A stretch of DNA of 64,000 nt, taken from contig CAJINV010000002.1 in NCBI GenBank assembly GCA_905178155.1, positions 4,035,838 through 4,099,837 of the forward strand. Direction: 5' to 3'. Of this stretch, positions 49,315 to 62,181 are shown one piece after another (position 1 is the stretch's first letter; every line of letters starts with the position of its first letter). Origin of the DNA: Amoebophrya sp. A120 (Eukaryota > Protista > Dinoflagellata). A program made the translations under genes and the position numbers. Under the pieces are notes generated by a model. The model saw nothing but the letters and a program-made list of their open reading frames with translations, did no database searches and was not told the origin of the DNA.

Positions 49315-52300
49315 ATGTATCGCGAGACCGACCGTGCCAACCAAACCTACAGCGGTGGCATGTTCCGCGACCATAACCACACCTTCGGCGGCGCCGGCGG
49401 GGGTGATAACAGCGACGACTCGTTACCCGATGGAAGAGATTCCGAGCGGCACTGCGTCACGCACGAGGGGGTCTTTCAACACAATTGTTTTGACCTGTCG
49501 ACGGATGATCTGGGGGGTCCTCTGCGGAGAAGCAGTAGTTGTGGTGCCGCGCTTGACGAAGTAGAGGGGAGTAGTAGTTGTAGCAGCATCCCTGCGGACA
49601 ATGTTGACACCAACGTCAATTCGAACCCTTTATCCCCGAAGACCCTGCTGACTGCCGACCCTGAAAGTAGTTCCCACGAGAATAGAAACGGAGCGGGAGG
49701 ACCTGAGGGTGGGGCGACCACCACTAGCGGAAAAGAAAATGGCAGTGCCAGCAAGTCGGCATCCAAATCCTCGGCCGGGACTACAAGTGTAAGTGGGTCT
49801 AGTTCTACTACTACGACCAGCAAAACTCCTCCTGCAACCACTACCACCACGACCACTCAGAGCAATAAAACGACTGTCGCCCAACACGCGGCGATGACAG
49901 CACAGAACAAAAACACAACTGGTACTGGGGCGAGCACAACCACGACCGCTACCGCTTCTGCTACAACTAGGACAGCGTCTGAGCCCCCCGCTCTTCAAAA
50001 TGCCGCGTGCTACTCGGCAGATGACTACCATTATGCAAGAAAAAAACTGTGTAGGTGTAACTTTCTTCGAGGAACAGCATCACAAATTTGCTCTACATGA
50101 CAGAGAAAACCTGTCATGCATGGTTTGTATATGGAAAACACACATGAAAAGAGGATTTCGTGGCTGTCTGGCATGACTAGTGGAACTCTGTTGCATCTTC
50201 TGCAACACAAATTTACACTTACACAGTTTTTTTCTTGCATAACCATGTGTTTTACCAGATGGGCGCCGACGCCGCCTTCCGGGACCACGGGATGAATAAT
50301 GCAAATGTGACCTGTCCTGCGGGCTTCTACTACGCGCAAAACAACGACTTCTCCTTCTCCGGCCCGAGCTCCTGTAGTGGGGAATCGGTGGGAGGTGGAG
50401 ACCTGCACAGAGACTACACGGGTTCGTCGTGTGAAGACGGCGCCGGGAGTAGTAGTACCTGTAACTCTAAGCGACAGCAAGGAGATCACCACGGTGGTGC
50501 TCCTGGGACGAACAATCAGCACATGAATCAGAACTGCGCGGCCTCCGCTTCGACGCACTCCATAACCACGACCGCCACGCTGAACAACAACCAGGGCCGC
50601 GGCTCGGGTTCCACCGGCGGTGGCAATAATAATATCGCAAGCCAGTACCCGCAGCAAATTTACAGCGGCAAGTATCGCACCATGACCTCGCGTCCCCGCC
50701 TGCCCGTCCGGCGCCCCTTCCGACACCCGCCGGGGCTCCGCACCCCCGGTCGGGACGGCAGCACGAGCAGTAGCGACTCCGAGCGCGACGAGGCGCAGTA
50801 TATTCACTCGTGTCCGACCCAACCGCTGCGGCAAAATAACCTCCCGATTCAGTTGTTCCCGGGAAGCAGCTTGAGCGGCATTTTGCACTCGGGCTACTAC
50901 GGGGGGTACGGTGACTGCGACACCTTTGACGCGCCGGGGCGGGTGGAAAAGAGTGGCGGGGACGATCGTGTTGATGGCAGTGAAGAAAATAATTACAGCA
51001 TGATATCGCAACTGCCGCGGAAGGCGGTCCCCGGGGAATACCCCAAATTGTTCGACGAAAAAGGAGAGATGATCAACTACGCGGTTGGGTCTAGTGGTAG
51101 TAGTAGTACAACTGCTCCTTCGGCCAACAAGCAGGTTGACGTGAAAAACGATCCGACTACTTCTGGAACGTCTTTGAATAAAACTCCTGGTACATCAAGT
51201 AACAAGCAAACCACTTCTACTACTAGCGCCAGTGGCGCCGCGACGACGGCTGCTGCTAGTGGTGGTGGTGCTGTAGGAGCAACAACTGCGCCAATGGGCC
51301 TGAAATCGACAGCAGGAACATCATCTTCAAAGGAGCCTGTTTCCCCGGACAACAGCTCGTCCAAAAGCCTATCCGGCCAACGCATCCGCTTTCCGAGTGT
51401 GAAACGGCGCGTCGACGACCAAGATCAACGTGAAAAGCAGCCGGAAAATAAGCCAACTACAAGTACGGCGACTTCTGATATTAAAAATTGTTTCTCTCAC
51501 CGCGAGCAAACGTTTCATTCCCCAGAGCAGACCAAGAATGTCAACAAGTCTAATACAGCAACCGGCGGAGGAGCGACAAACAAGATGACCATAGGTGGTG
51601 GTGGTGGACAGCAACAGCAACATCAGCTCCCCACCAGCTGCACAATGAAGTCTATAATGAACAAGAACACCCAGGAGCAGCACACGTCGACCAGCAGCCA
51701 CGCCTTACACCGATCGCACACCGACGAGTCGTGTGACGACAACCACGTTGGGACCCCGAAGCACACCTTCATGGCCATCGACACCTACGATAGCAATTTC
51801 GACAGTCCAAATCCGTTGCAGCAGGAAGTACTCCAGCAGCACGATGATTATATCAGCTGTAGCAACTTCAACAAACATGCGGATAATAATTTCAATAATC
51901 TCGGGTCGTTGAACTTGAAAAGTAACTTGGCCGACGGCGCGGCCAGTTCCGGTGCGGGCCAGTTTTCAGGCCCGATTAGCAGTTGTAGTAGTAGTACAAC
52001 TAACCAGCAGATGAACAACAATATTAACCGTCAAAATCTTCAAAGCAATAGTTCATCTTCTTTCATGGTCAGCGCCAGCGACGTATCAAATGCAAAAATG
52101 TAGTGTGGGTTTGGAACAAAGCAACTTGTCATGCTAAATCTGAATCATGTAAAAATCTGTGTTGCATGATTACCAAAAGCTGTCCACTTTTGACCTAATC
52201 GCGAGGCAGTTTCCTATGCAGGATAGGCATGATAGAACTCTCACAGAATCTGTTATGCTATGTCCTGCATACCAGACCTCATGGGTCATGGAAAACCTGC

Positions 52301-55300
52301 ATGACAAGTCGGGCACTCTTTCAGCCCCAGACACTTTTGCAGTTGATACGACGCAGCCACCCCCGGCGGAGCCTCGACCTCGTTTCTCACCATCTCGCAG
52401 CCGCACTCCACGCCAGGGGTATAGTGATAGAGTTTTGATATAGTTTTTCACGAATTATAGTAGAAATCGATCGAGATGCATCATTTTATTCGCATAGTTT
52501 TTCGTTTCGGCGTCTAGCGATCTACTTAACTTGTTCCTTCTCTTTACAGTTAAACTCGATTGAATTTTTAACACTGGCCAACATAGAGCCGCGGCGGTCT
52601 TGTCTTCCGTCTTGTCGCCGAACCGTGTTGATCAAACTTTTTATTATAAGCAGATCGAAATAAAAGTAAAACCAAAACGTAAAAACGAAAATCAAAAATC
52701 AGGTGCAGCATTCGCCCCCGGCAGGTCAGCAGCAGCCCGGATTCAATGTTAATCGTCAGGGAATTGCGACCGGAGGTGGACAGCTGCAGGAATCCACCCA
52801 ATCGTCCCGAGGACAAGGACATCAACCTGCTTCAACAACATCCCAGCAGACCACAGTAACGAAGCAAGAATCTTCTTCCACCGCCCCTTCCCCCAACGAC
52901 CCCATGAGTTTATACGCCAAAGCGATTGAGCTTTTCCCCGAGAACGCTGTGATCTACGCGAAGGCGCGGATGCTGTGCAAAAACAACAAGAGTCTGTGGG
53001 CGCAGCAGGAGATGGAAAATTTTATGGAGCTAGTCGCGAAGGTTCACGAGATTCCGGCTACGTGTAGTACTGCACCTCCAGGAGCAGGCAACAACATGGT
53101 GGACCACCAGCACGAGGGCGGGACGACCCCGGCTTCTTGTTCTGGGGTTGGTGCTGGTTCATCTTCTTCCGGAGCTCCTCTTGCTGGTGGTTCATCATCT
53201 CGTGTACAACTAGACCAGTATCAGTCCGAACATCATCCGGGTGGTCAGCAGTTGTACGGTCTTCAGCAGCGTAGTTTAACGGGCAGCACTGCTGGTCCAT
53301 CTTCTTCTCCTTACAATCAGCAACAGACAACTCCTTCATCTTCGTATGGAAATTACATGGAGTCGATGCAAGTGCTGCAGCAGCAGGGCATCATGAACAA
53401 TCATGGTGCAGCAGCAGCCGCTTCTAGAGGACCACATCAATACGACTTGAGGGCGGTGCAGGAGTGGTATTATCAACAGCAGCAGCAGCAGGGTATGCAT
53501 TGCAAATATGGCTGGGTCTGGAAACTTGTGATGCAAATCTACGAATTGTCGGCGCACTGCAATATGCAGCCCAGCATGTTGACAAGTTTTTGCGGTCCTG
53601 CTATGTGTTTCGTTTTTCGCATGACAGACTGCGTTTGTGCATGACAGGCAAGAGGCCCTTATTTTCCTGCTCATGCGTCACAGATTTAAGAGTCATGCCA
53701 GAAATAAAGCATGACAAACTTGCACGACTCTTCCAGATGACCCAGACATATTTGCATGCGATACAGGGCCTAGTAGAACCAGGAGCGGCCCCGGGCACGA
53801 CCCCCTTAGCGCATCTTGTTGACTGGCCCCAGGTCCACGCCTTTTTGGTATCAAAAGGAAAAAATGATCCCCAATCCCCGAGGGCCCCATATCGAAAAGG
53901 TATCAGACGTTGAAAATTTGTGATGCTGATAGCACATTTGTGATCACACAAATCTTTCTGTCTTCGACAAGGGAGCGCAGTCAGAGTCTCCGCCGCATTT
54001 TTTATGCTGGCGATTTGGAAAAAAATGATGTGGCAGACGTCTGCCACGCTAGGCGGCGACCTCAAAACATCCCTGCCCAGGCTTCGCATCTGCTTGCATT
54101 CACTCCTCACTGCAAGACCAAGCTGATTGGTCGTATACTACACAAATCATGGTTGATCACATCAAACTTCCAGCACTTTGATATGGGGCGGAGAGGGGAT
54201 TTTTCATTTTGATATTTGGCGGCGTGGGGCCACGGACCCGCCGAAATTGCGCAAATTTTAGCGGAACTGCTGGAGAGTATGCATTGGTGGGAGCAACAGG
54301 GCGGCTTTCCGCAGGAGCTCGGGAGAGCGCCGACTGCTGGTCAGCTCGCCGCGGCTGGTGCGCGTATGGCCGCCGCGTACGGTAGTACTAATCCACCGGG
54401 AGGTAGCAGCTCAAGTTCTTTCGGGCTGCCGGGTGCACTGATGAGCGGCCAGGTACTTAGAATTGGAATGATAATCGTAAATAAAGTTCACTTGTTAGAC
54501 TTTCCACCTAGTAAATTGCACTAGAAAATAAAATTTCTGAAGATACTTAATGGATTGATACTGTGTCATGCAGCAGCTTCAAAATTATACCATAATTTTT
54601 TGAAAATGAAATCCAAATCTTGTAGTACCGAAGACCCTGGGCCGCGGCTTGGGTTACTTTTCGTGTGAAAGAGGATCAAATCTTGGATAGAATACAATAT
54701 CGACGGAACAACAACTTAAAACAGTCCTCGTCAAGCTCGGGCCGGTATCACGCCCCGCCTGCCACTAACCGGCGAAAAGTTTTATCTAGGCAAGAGATGC
54801 AACACCTGTACGAGATGTTGCAGCAAAGTTCGGCGATCGCCGACGTGGCTTCGGGTAAGGACATCGACACAGTGGATGTGAGGAGCGGAGGTGCGGCCGT
54901 CCCGGCAGGTCAACAGAACAATTCTCTTCGCAGCAGTACCAGGGGTAACAGTAGTACTGCTCTGGACCCCCCGCCACGTCAGATGAATGCTCCTGGTGCA
55001 GCAGGAGCATCATCATCCACTTCCGCAGCTGGTGGCTTCGTCCCCCCCTCCCGAAGCTTCCAGGAAGATCAGGACAACCATATGTTGGAGGCCCTGAAGA
55101 CTGTAGCAGATTCTTTGAAGAAAAACAGCAACAGAAATTCAACAGCGGATAGTAATGGTAATCAACACCGAGGAGGTGGAGAGCAGCAGCAGCCGCATTC
55201 TACTCTCGCGGACCAGCATCGCGAGCACGTTTCTCAGGCCGCGGGAGGTTCTAGCAAGAACATGGGCGCCGCGGCGCTTCCCTCAAATCGCGCGTCCACT

Positions 55301-56626
55301 TCGAGCTGTGTTAACAATAAACCTGGAGCTCTTCCTGCGAGTTTGAGCTCTGTAGCTAACGCCAGCCGTTTCAAATTTTCCTCCTCCACCAACACCGGAA
55401 ATAATTCCACCCATAATTCCACTTCCCGGTCTAGCACTTTTGGCAACGATGGTCGTCACCACCCCAGTAATTCGAGCATCCTGCTCGACCAGCCAGGTGG
55501 ACATCTTCATAACCGGTCGATCGATCGGTTATATGATCGGTACGAAGACCAGCGCAGCAAAAACTCCTCTCGCGCGGCCCGCACTGTAATGGAGGCGATG
55601 GACTCTTTGAATAGTTTCAACAACACGTTAGACGATGAGGATCTCGAGGACGAGAACGGCGACCGAGTGTTGCGGTCCAGTAATCTTCGCGACATGAGCC
55701 GAAACACGAACACTTTGATGTCGCACAATTCGTCAGCATCCTTTCGAGGGATGACCACAGGGCCTTCTAACAACAACACCAGGAACAACAACACAGGCGC
55801 GACTTCTAACAGTCGGAACCAGGGCATCCACCCGGAGGCCATGGCACGGATGTTGAATAGCATTCAGTCGACCCACACCATGCCGACCACCCGGGAAAGC
55901 GGTTCGATCAACAATAATAATATCCACGCGAGCCCGAATATGAAGCCTGGGTCGTTATCCGGGAATAAAAACAACACAACCAATAGCAGCAGCTCGGCTG
56001 GGTCTTCATCTTCAACATCGCAGGGGACCGCCTCCGCGGGGGTAGAAGCTGCAACAGGGAATATTAATCCAGCCGGCGAAAATACTTCAGGAGCTGCGGC
56101 CGGAGAAGCAAGTACTAAAACAAACCAAACAGAAACCGAACCAAACAATTCCATGTTGCACGACTTTAAGCCGAAGTACAAGACGGATAAAGAAGCGCAG
56201 GAGGGGCTGAAAAGGGAATACAGCAAGTCCAAGCAGATGGCGATCTTCCACTACACATTACGCAACGCGAAAAAACAAGCGGTGGAGAACGGACTTCCCC
56301 TCGAGTACAATTTTCACTTAATCGAGATGGAGCGGCAACGGAAAGAGTACATGAAGAACGCCAACAGCAAATCGAAATACGCCGCACTTGGCGGTGGGCC
56401 GAGCAGCCAAAGCGGTGGGGGTCCACCTCCGCACATGATGATGCCGGGAGGACCTCCAGGACCGTATCCGCCAGTGCATGGACCGACTTCCTCGGGAGGA
56501 GGTGCCGCGCCCGGGGCTGTTACAAGGCAACAGCCGCACCCCGGCTATGGTGGTGCGGGAGGAAATTACGGTCATGGGTATGACGACCGATATTTGCCGA
56601 TGGGGGGCATGTACCAGGGACGGTGA
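49315..56626 (+). CDS. Very large low-complexity (S/T/N/Q/G-rich) hypothetical protein, ~1907 aa, 7 exons
   Basis: ORFs at 49315, 50235, 52703, 54216 and 54665 join in frame (5724 nt) after removing 4 introners +5 nt and 2 GT-AG introns; no domain recognised. Confidence 0.75.
50032..50241. mobile_element. Introner family G
   Basis: TIR TATGCAAGAAAAAAACTGTGTA; perfect TSD accat. Confidence 0.93.
52084..52348. mobile_element. Introner family A
   Basis: TIRs; perfect TSD cgacg. Confidence 0.92.
52419..52702 (+). other. Canonical GT-AG intron
   Basis: GGG|GTATAG...AAATCAG|GTG; AT-rich, phase 0, no TIR. Confidence 0.65.
53494..53763. mobile_element. Introner family A
   Basis: TIRs; perfect TSD caggg. 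Confidence 0.92.
53849..54214. mobile_element. Introner family F
   Basis: TATCAAAAGGAAAAAATGATCCCC...GGGGATTTTTCATTTTGATA; perfect TSD tttgg. Confidence 0.9.
54453..54625 (+). other. Canonical GT-AG intron
   Basis: CAG|GTACTT...TCTTGTAG|TAC; AT-rich, phase 0, joins into the 54665 ORF frame. Confidence 0.72.
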
Positions 56627-59600
56627 TAGATAAAGGCTATTGGATTTTTCTGTGACGAGGAGCCTAGGCTGCAACTTGTGAGAACTTTGAAATTGAATTA
56701 TAGGAAATTTGAAAATTATGGGGACTGCAGCTGCATAGTGAGCCACGCCTCTTGTTCTTCACAAAAAATCTTAAAAGTCGTGAAACTCGCAAATCTACGT
56801 CACAATAAGAACCGCGACAACTGCTCAGAACGGCGTCGAACTACGTAGGCGGCAGGCCCGAATCATGTACTAGAAGTGTAGCGAAGATATTAGGGTCGGA
56901 TGCTGTACACATCAGATGAAAAGGTGGTAACAAGCACGAAGGTACACGAATACATACAGAGGCTCTGGCTTTTATCATTTTTCACAGAATAAAGACAAAA
57001 TTTCTACTCGTCCACTTGGTACTAATATCTGCTACAGAAGGTGTGTCTCTACATCAAGCACGACGTCTTGGTCTTCGAAATAAAAAATGCGGCGCTGGCG
57101 GCACTGGTTGCAGGACCCAAAAATGTGGTAAATGAACGCGAAATAAGTGCAAATCTTGTAAATCATGGTAGTGTGCAGGAGCTGTCGCGCTGCTCGTCCT
57201 GTGTCTAACGTCATGGCACTTGCGGAGGCAGTGCATGGCGCTGCATGGGGAGCAGCGGAGGTACTGCATGGCGCTTGCGGATGGTTGGAGGTTAGTAGCT
57301 GTTTTGCGATGGTAAGATATGAAGACAGATCCGCACACAGGATTTCATATTACCTTCTACTGGAGCTTAGTATTATCCTTCGAAGCATCTTCATCTTCCA
57401 GGCGACGAAGCTGACATGATGAAAAAAAAGGCGTTGACACAAACACATGTAATAGAAGCAGGATGGTTATAATTTCTTTAGTAGGGAGGAAACGAATTTT
57501 GTTGGGCTCAACCACACCAATTTCATTGAAAGACAACAAGAAGCGCCAGAATGAGAATTTTGTTGTAGAATCATACGTACATTCCTCCCTACGCATGAAA
57601 ATTTTTGAGGAGACAAAAATGACCGAACATGATGTGTAAGATTGGAATTGTATTTGTCGCTTGATGAACATGAACTACGCTTACGAGCAGGAGCATTGTT
57701 TTTCCACCCCCTTAGCACCACATCTTCGCAAGTGCATTACGTATGAGATACCGCCTGCCAAAATTCATGCCACCGCCGGTGTCCTCCCGCCGTCAAGAAT
57801 TTTCACTTATCCAGTACTTCGTTATTAACCTTTGGTCCTTAAGAAGGCTTCATATATTACCACTAATAAATTTATTATGCGATGACGACCTTGATGCCCC
57901 ACACCCACTAGTACAGTCTTTCAGGAGCCAAGACTTGGCTTTACTCGAATCAAAACTCAGCAGCTGGCTCTTTCTTTGTTTTCCAATTCCGCATCCACTC
58001 GATGTAATAAATGGTTGTCCCTACGCCTCGATGGTATCTTATTTCCCCCATCCACGTAGCTAGGAACATCAAGCCGACGTAGATTTTTATAAAGCATTTT
58101 ATCGTATATGATGAAAGAATGACCTTCAAAAAATTCTTGCCCTGTGTGGCGAAGCGGGGCTCGTAGACCAAGTTTTTAAGTACAACTTCTAGTACGATGT
58201 TTCGAAATTTTCTATAGCACAGCCCTTTGCTTTTCGCGTCGCGGCAGAGACTTGGTTGGCATAATGGTACTAGCACTCTTCGACTTGTTCCAGGTGCTAG
58301 CCTTTTGCTGACCTTATTCAAGATAATGTTGTTGACAAGCGAGTCTAGAAGCCTCGATGTGCTTCTTACTAGCACGTCGAAGATGAAGGGTACACAACTG
58401 TCACATATAGTCTTCTTTTGTTTAATAACCCTATTTTACAGGCATAGTACGACCAAAGTCTAGTAGAAGAATGCCAAGTATCGAAAACATCTTACATGAG
58501 TTTTTTACAGCAGTGGTTCTTGCAGATGGGCGGATTAATACAGCTTTCGTTCAGAAAATAAACAGCGTTTTCCGCTGCATCTGCTGCTGCAACTTCTTCG
58601 AATGAATTCTCACGGAAGTCGCGTCAAAGGCGAGTCTTAATTTTCTTTTCTCTTCCAAAGCACACAGCAGAAAAAAAAATATCAAAAAAAAAAACGAGCG
58701 ACAAGAAAATTGTTAAAAACAAAAGCACTCAGATACTTTACTTACAAGCGAAAGAGTTATGAATGGCGCAGCAGAACGGTGCTGGCGGAAATAACTTGAG
58801 CATCTGTTTAGAGATGTTTTTGATTCGCCGACCGATATTTCTTACAGATAGAAGTAGAACTAGGACTTTATCCTTATCTTCTCTGATGAGGAGCTTCTAG
58901 TAGCTAAAAAAGCCGAGCCGCAGCCTTCTGGCAATTGCGAAAAGAAAAGTTGGCGGTCCGCTGCAACGAACTCGGCATCTTCTACATCGCCACTGGCTAA
59001 GCAGCTTGCTCTCATTTTGCGTTGTCAGGGATGGTTGTGGTACTCTACTTGGCAGACTTCACGACAAAATTTACGGAGCAAGTGCTACCGGCGAAAAACT
59101 TTTTATGATTTTTCATCTTGCAGCTGCCTCGGATGCGATGACCACCACCAGGCGGTTGATCATGCTTCCTTGCTACCTTTCCCGTACTACCTGGTCGCCA
59201 GAGGACCATGACTTTTAGGTATCCTATTACAATAGTTCGGCGAGGGCCTATTAAGTACGATACACAGAGGTTCTGGAAAGATGATGATGGTGAAGGGAGT
59301 GGTCGTCTTGTTGCGCCCCCCCTAAGATCATCATCTGAAAAATAACGAGGGTGCTTCTTCGTTACGTATTCCATTATAAGGATTTTGGAAAAAGCCGTTC
59401 TTCAATGCCTGCAAGAGGGGCCCCCGCCAATGTAAAAAGTCATGAGCACGAGCCTCTTCACTGTAGCGAAAGCGAATGACAAGGACTAGAAGATGAACCA
59501 GCAAAACGTACATGAAACGAATCGATTCAATGATCATCGGCCAAGAAGCTGGAGATCGTTAAAAGAGTGCAGCTGCACTTGTTTTTATCGAGTTGGTCGA

Positions 59601-62181
59601 CCGGAGGACGTCGAATAGGAGTATCGCTATAATCCGAGCGATTAGCTATACTTTTGCCCTGTCACAGGAGGACATGGATATGAGCATGGAAGAACATAAC
59701 TACTTTCACGTGCAAGTAGTACATCATGGAAGCGCAGCGCAATTATACAGATAAAAATCGCTGCAGCCACTGGGATGAATATAATGCGCTGATCGAACAA
59801 CACGCGTCGAGACAAGACCCTGGCTTCTAAATGACATTTTATTCTTTTAGAAAGAATTCAGTCTTCAACTATACTTCTACAGCGCAAGCAAGCTGCTGGC
59901 TCATCTTTACCACGGGAACAAGTTTCTTGTCGAGCTTACTTCTGACTATGGTGTACAATATCTTTACCAATCGATTTTATTTCTCCTATTCTTCACTTCG
60001 GTCAGCTTCATCGCTTCCCCTGTCCGTGTTTCAGAAGTTGCTGTTATTTTGCGTACTAGTTATGAGGGGCGAATTTTAATTTTTGCTTTCGTGAAAGTTA
60101 ATGTTATTGTGTAGGAGCAAGTGTGGTTTTCCTTTTCGGTATTCGGTTAATGTTTATGTTTTGCGCTGGCCCTGTAGGGTGAGTCCGGGCTGCCTCGGAG
60201 GACCAGGCAATTACTATTTTCGTTTGTGCACGTCGTCACGTGGTGCGCTTTTCGTTGTCTTCTTGATAACTTGATCGTGTTTGATATTCTTCGTTGGCCA
60301 ATAAAATCATGGACCTCCTGCTTCTTCCCTAGAGTCATTGTGTCAATGGAAGTACAAGTTTGTCGACCGACCGATAACTAGAAATTTTCATATGTTTTGA
60401 GTCAACAACAATCAACATGTCTTTGAGTGATACACCAGCCTTTTCGCTGCACCTTCCGATTTACTATCCTGCGAATCTGGCCTCTTTATCACTTTCCGTC
60501 GCTTCTAATAAGCCATATTTTTTGGAGCATATATTGAAGATTTTACATGATAGGTCGGGCCCACGCGTCTAGGTCTATAAGCTACTGCAGGTGGTTCCAC
60601 AGACAAGCACTCAGAAGTTGTGACTCGGCGGATCTACTAGCCCGACGAGCCTTGTTGTGTCCTTTTCTCAAGGCGAGCGCTGCCGATGTGAAGATGATTT
60701 AAGAATAGTACAACATGTAGTTAGACGAAGGCAAACTAACATTGTGAAGAAGGGTCTCCAGCATGTGTCGATAGGTGAACGCTCCAACTACGGTCTTTGA
60801 GGCGGATTTCTTTGTGATATACCCGGACGGCTTCGGAATTTCGGGTTTTAGTTCCAAAGGGCTCACTCGCTCCAATTACTATGATTTTACTACAAGCTCG
60901 GTTTCGCTTTCGGTAATAAACCAGAACAAGAACAACCATTGACTGGACTCAGACTCTCCTGCCTGACAGCACATCACCTCGCACGCAACGAGGCATGATA
61001 AGAAATCCATTTGATGTTTTGGGGTCGTGGGTAGTTTGACGGTGATGTCGTATCTGCTTCAATACCTTCAATGCCAATTCCTCCGTGCACTACATTCGCA
61101 TTGTACTTTTGCTTCGAAGCAAGCACAAGCAGTGCTACTTCCAACATCCGTTTAGTTCGCATAACACGCCGCAACGGACACCAAAGAAAGTGCTCTACTT
61201 CGTTTAAGCTGCGTCTGTGCCGCAAGACGACTTGCTTTTTTAATCATAACCACAAAAAAGTATGCACAAGCGCAATCCAACTTTGAGGTTGTTTGCTGAC
61301 GTGCGAAATAAACTGCTCTGCAGTCGCACCAGTTGTCGAGCATCATTCATTGATTTGAGGCGATTCACAACATCAAATGATTTGTTGATTCCTTAACAGA
61401 CGGAACCGAGCAACAGGCTCATTCAGAGCCTCTTAAACAGGTGGCTTCAGAGCATGACGAGGAAATTCCTGCTGTCTCGCAGGCGGTTTGATGCAAATTG
61501 AAATTCAAGTTCAATGTTGGGGGCGAAAAAAAATAATGACAATCAAAATGAACGAAAACACAAGCAGCAGCAAAATGCTGATGTTGGAAGTTTAAAAAAA
61601 TGGCTAGACTCGTAGCTTCGGTTTCGGAGCAGCTTGATGTTGTTCGCAGCATGACGCCGAAACCCCAAACGAGCAATAAAGAGTTTGTATTGTCGTGCAC
61701 CATTATTTTGATCATTTTTGCTTTTTATGACGTCGGATGAAGATTCGGTCTCGCTTTTAGTGCTAGAAGCCGCGTACAGCGATCATTCTTGATTGGTCCT
61801 TTTAGTTTTTCATTGTGCCGGTGAGGTTCTTCTTCTTGTTCTCTCTGCGCAAGAAAACGTTTCTCTTCTCTCGACTGGTGGAATAATGTATCATGAGATC
61901 AGGTGCACGCTTTGCCATCGTATTTTGTTCTTCTATTTCTAGTTCTAGACTGTGACTGGTAGAACCCACGACCGCGTGCATTGCCTCCCACGTATCAACA
62001 TGCGGTTTGGTGATGGGATTACTCTTTATTGCAGGAGGCGTTAAAGCGTAGTCGTTCGTTGCAATCTTGTAAAAGTAGTTGTTGCGCCAACGTCGTCAAT
62101 TTACCTCGGGGGCAACAACAAATATTCATTTTTCTCCTGTTACAATTCGAGGAAGCAGAGCCCGAAGACAGGAAGACCAAG

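Noticed and set aside
12018-53913. Recurrent short ORF peptides such as CKYVWVWK, MSGSGR, PDPDIFA, FQTQTY and NEGEGEL, suggesting a repeat-protein family
   Set aside because: They are translations of family A and C TIRs in various frames and strands, not proteins
56700-62100. Scattered short ORFs here and in 44.5-48 kb as a possible transposase or reverse transcriptase relic
   Set aside because: No DDE, RT, integrase or recombinase motif recognisable by eye; a tblastn/HMM search would be needed
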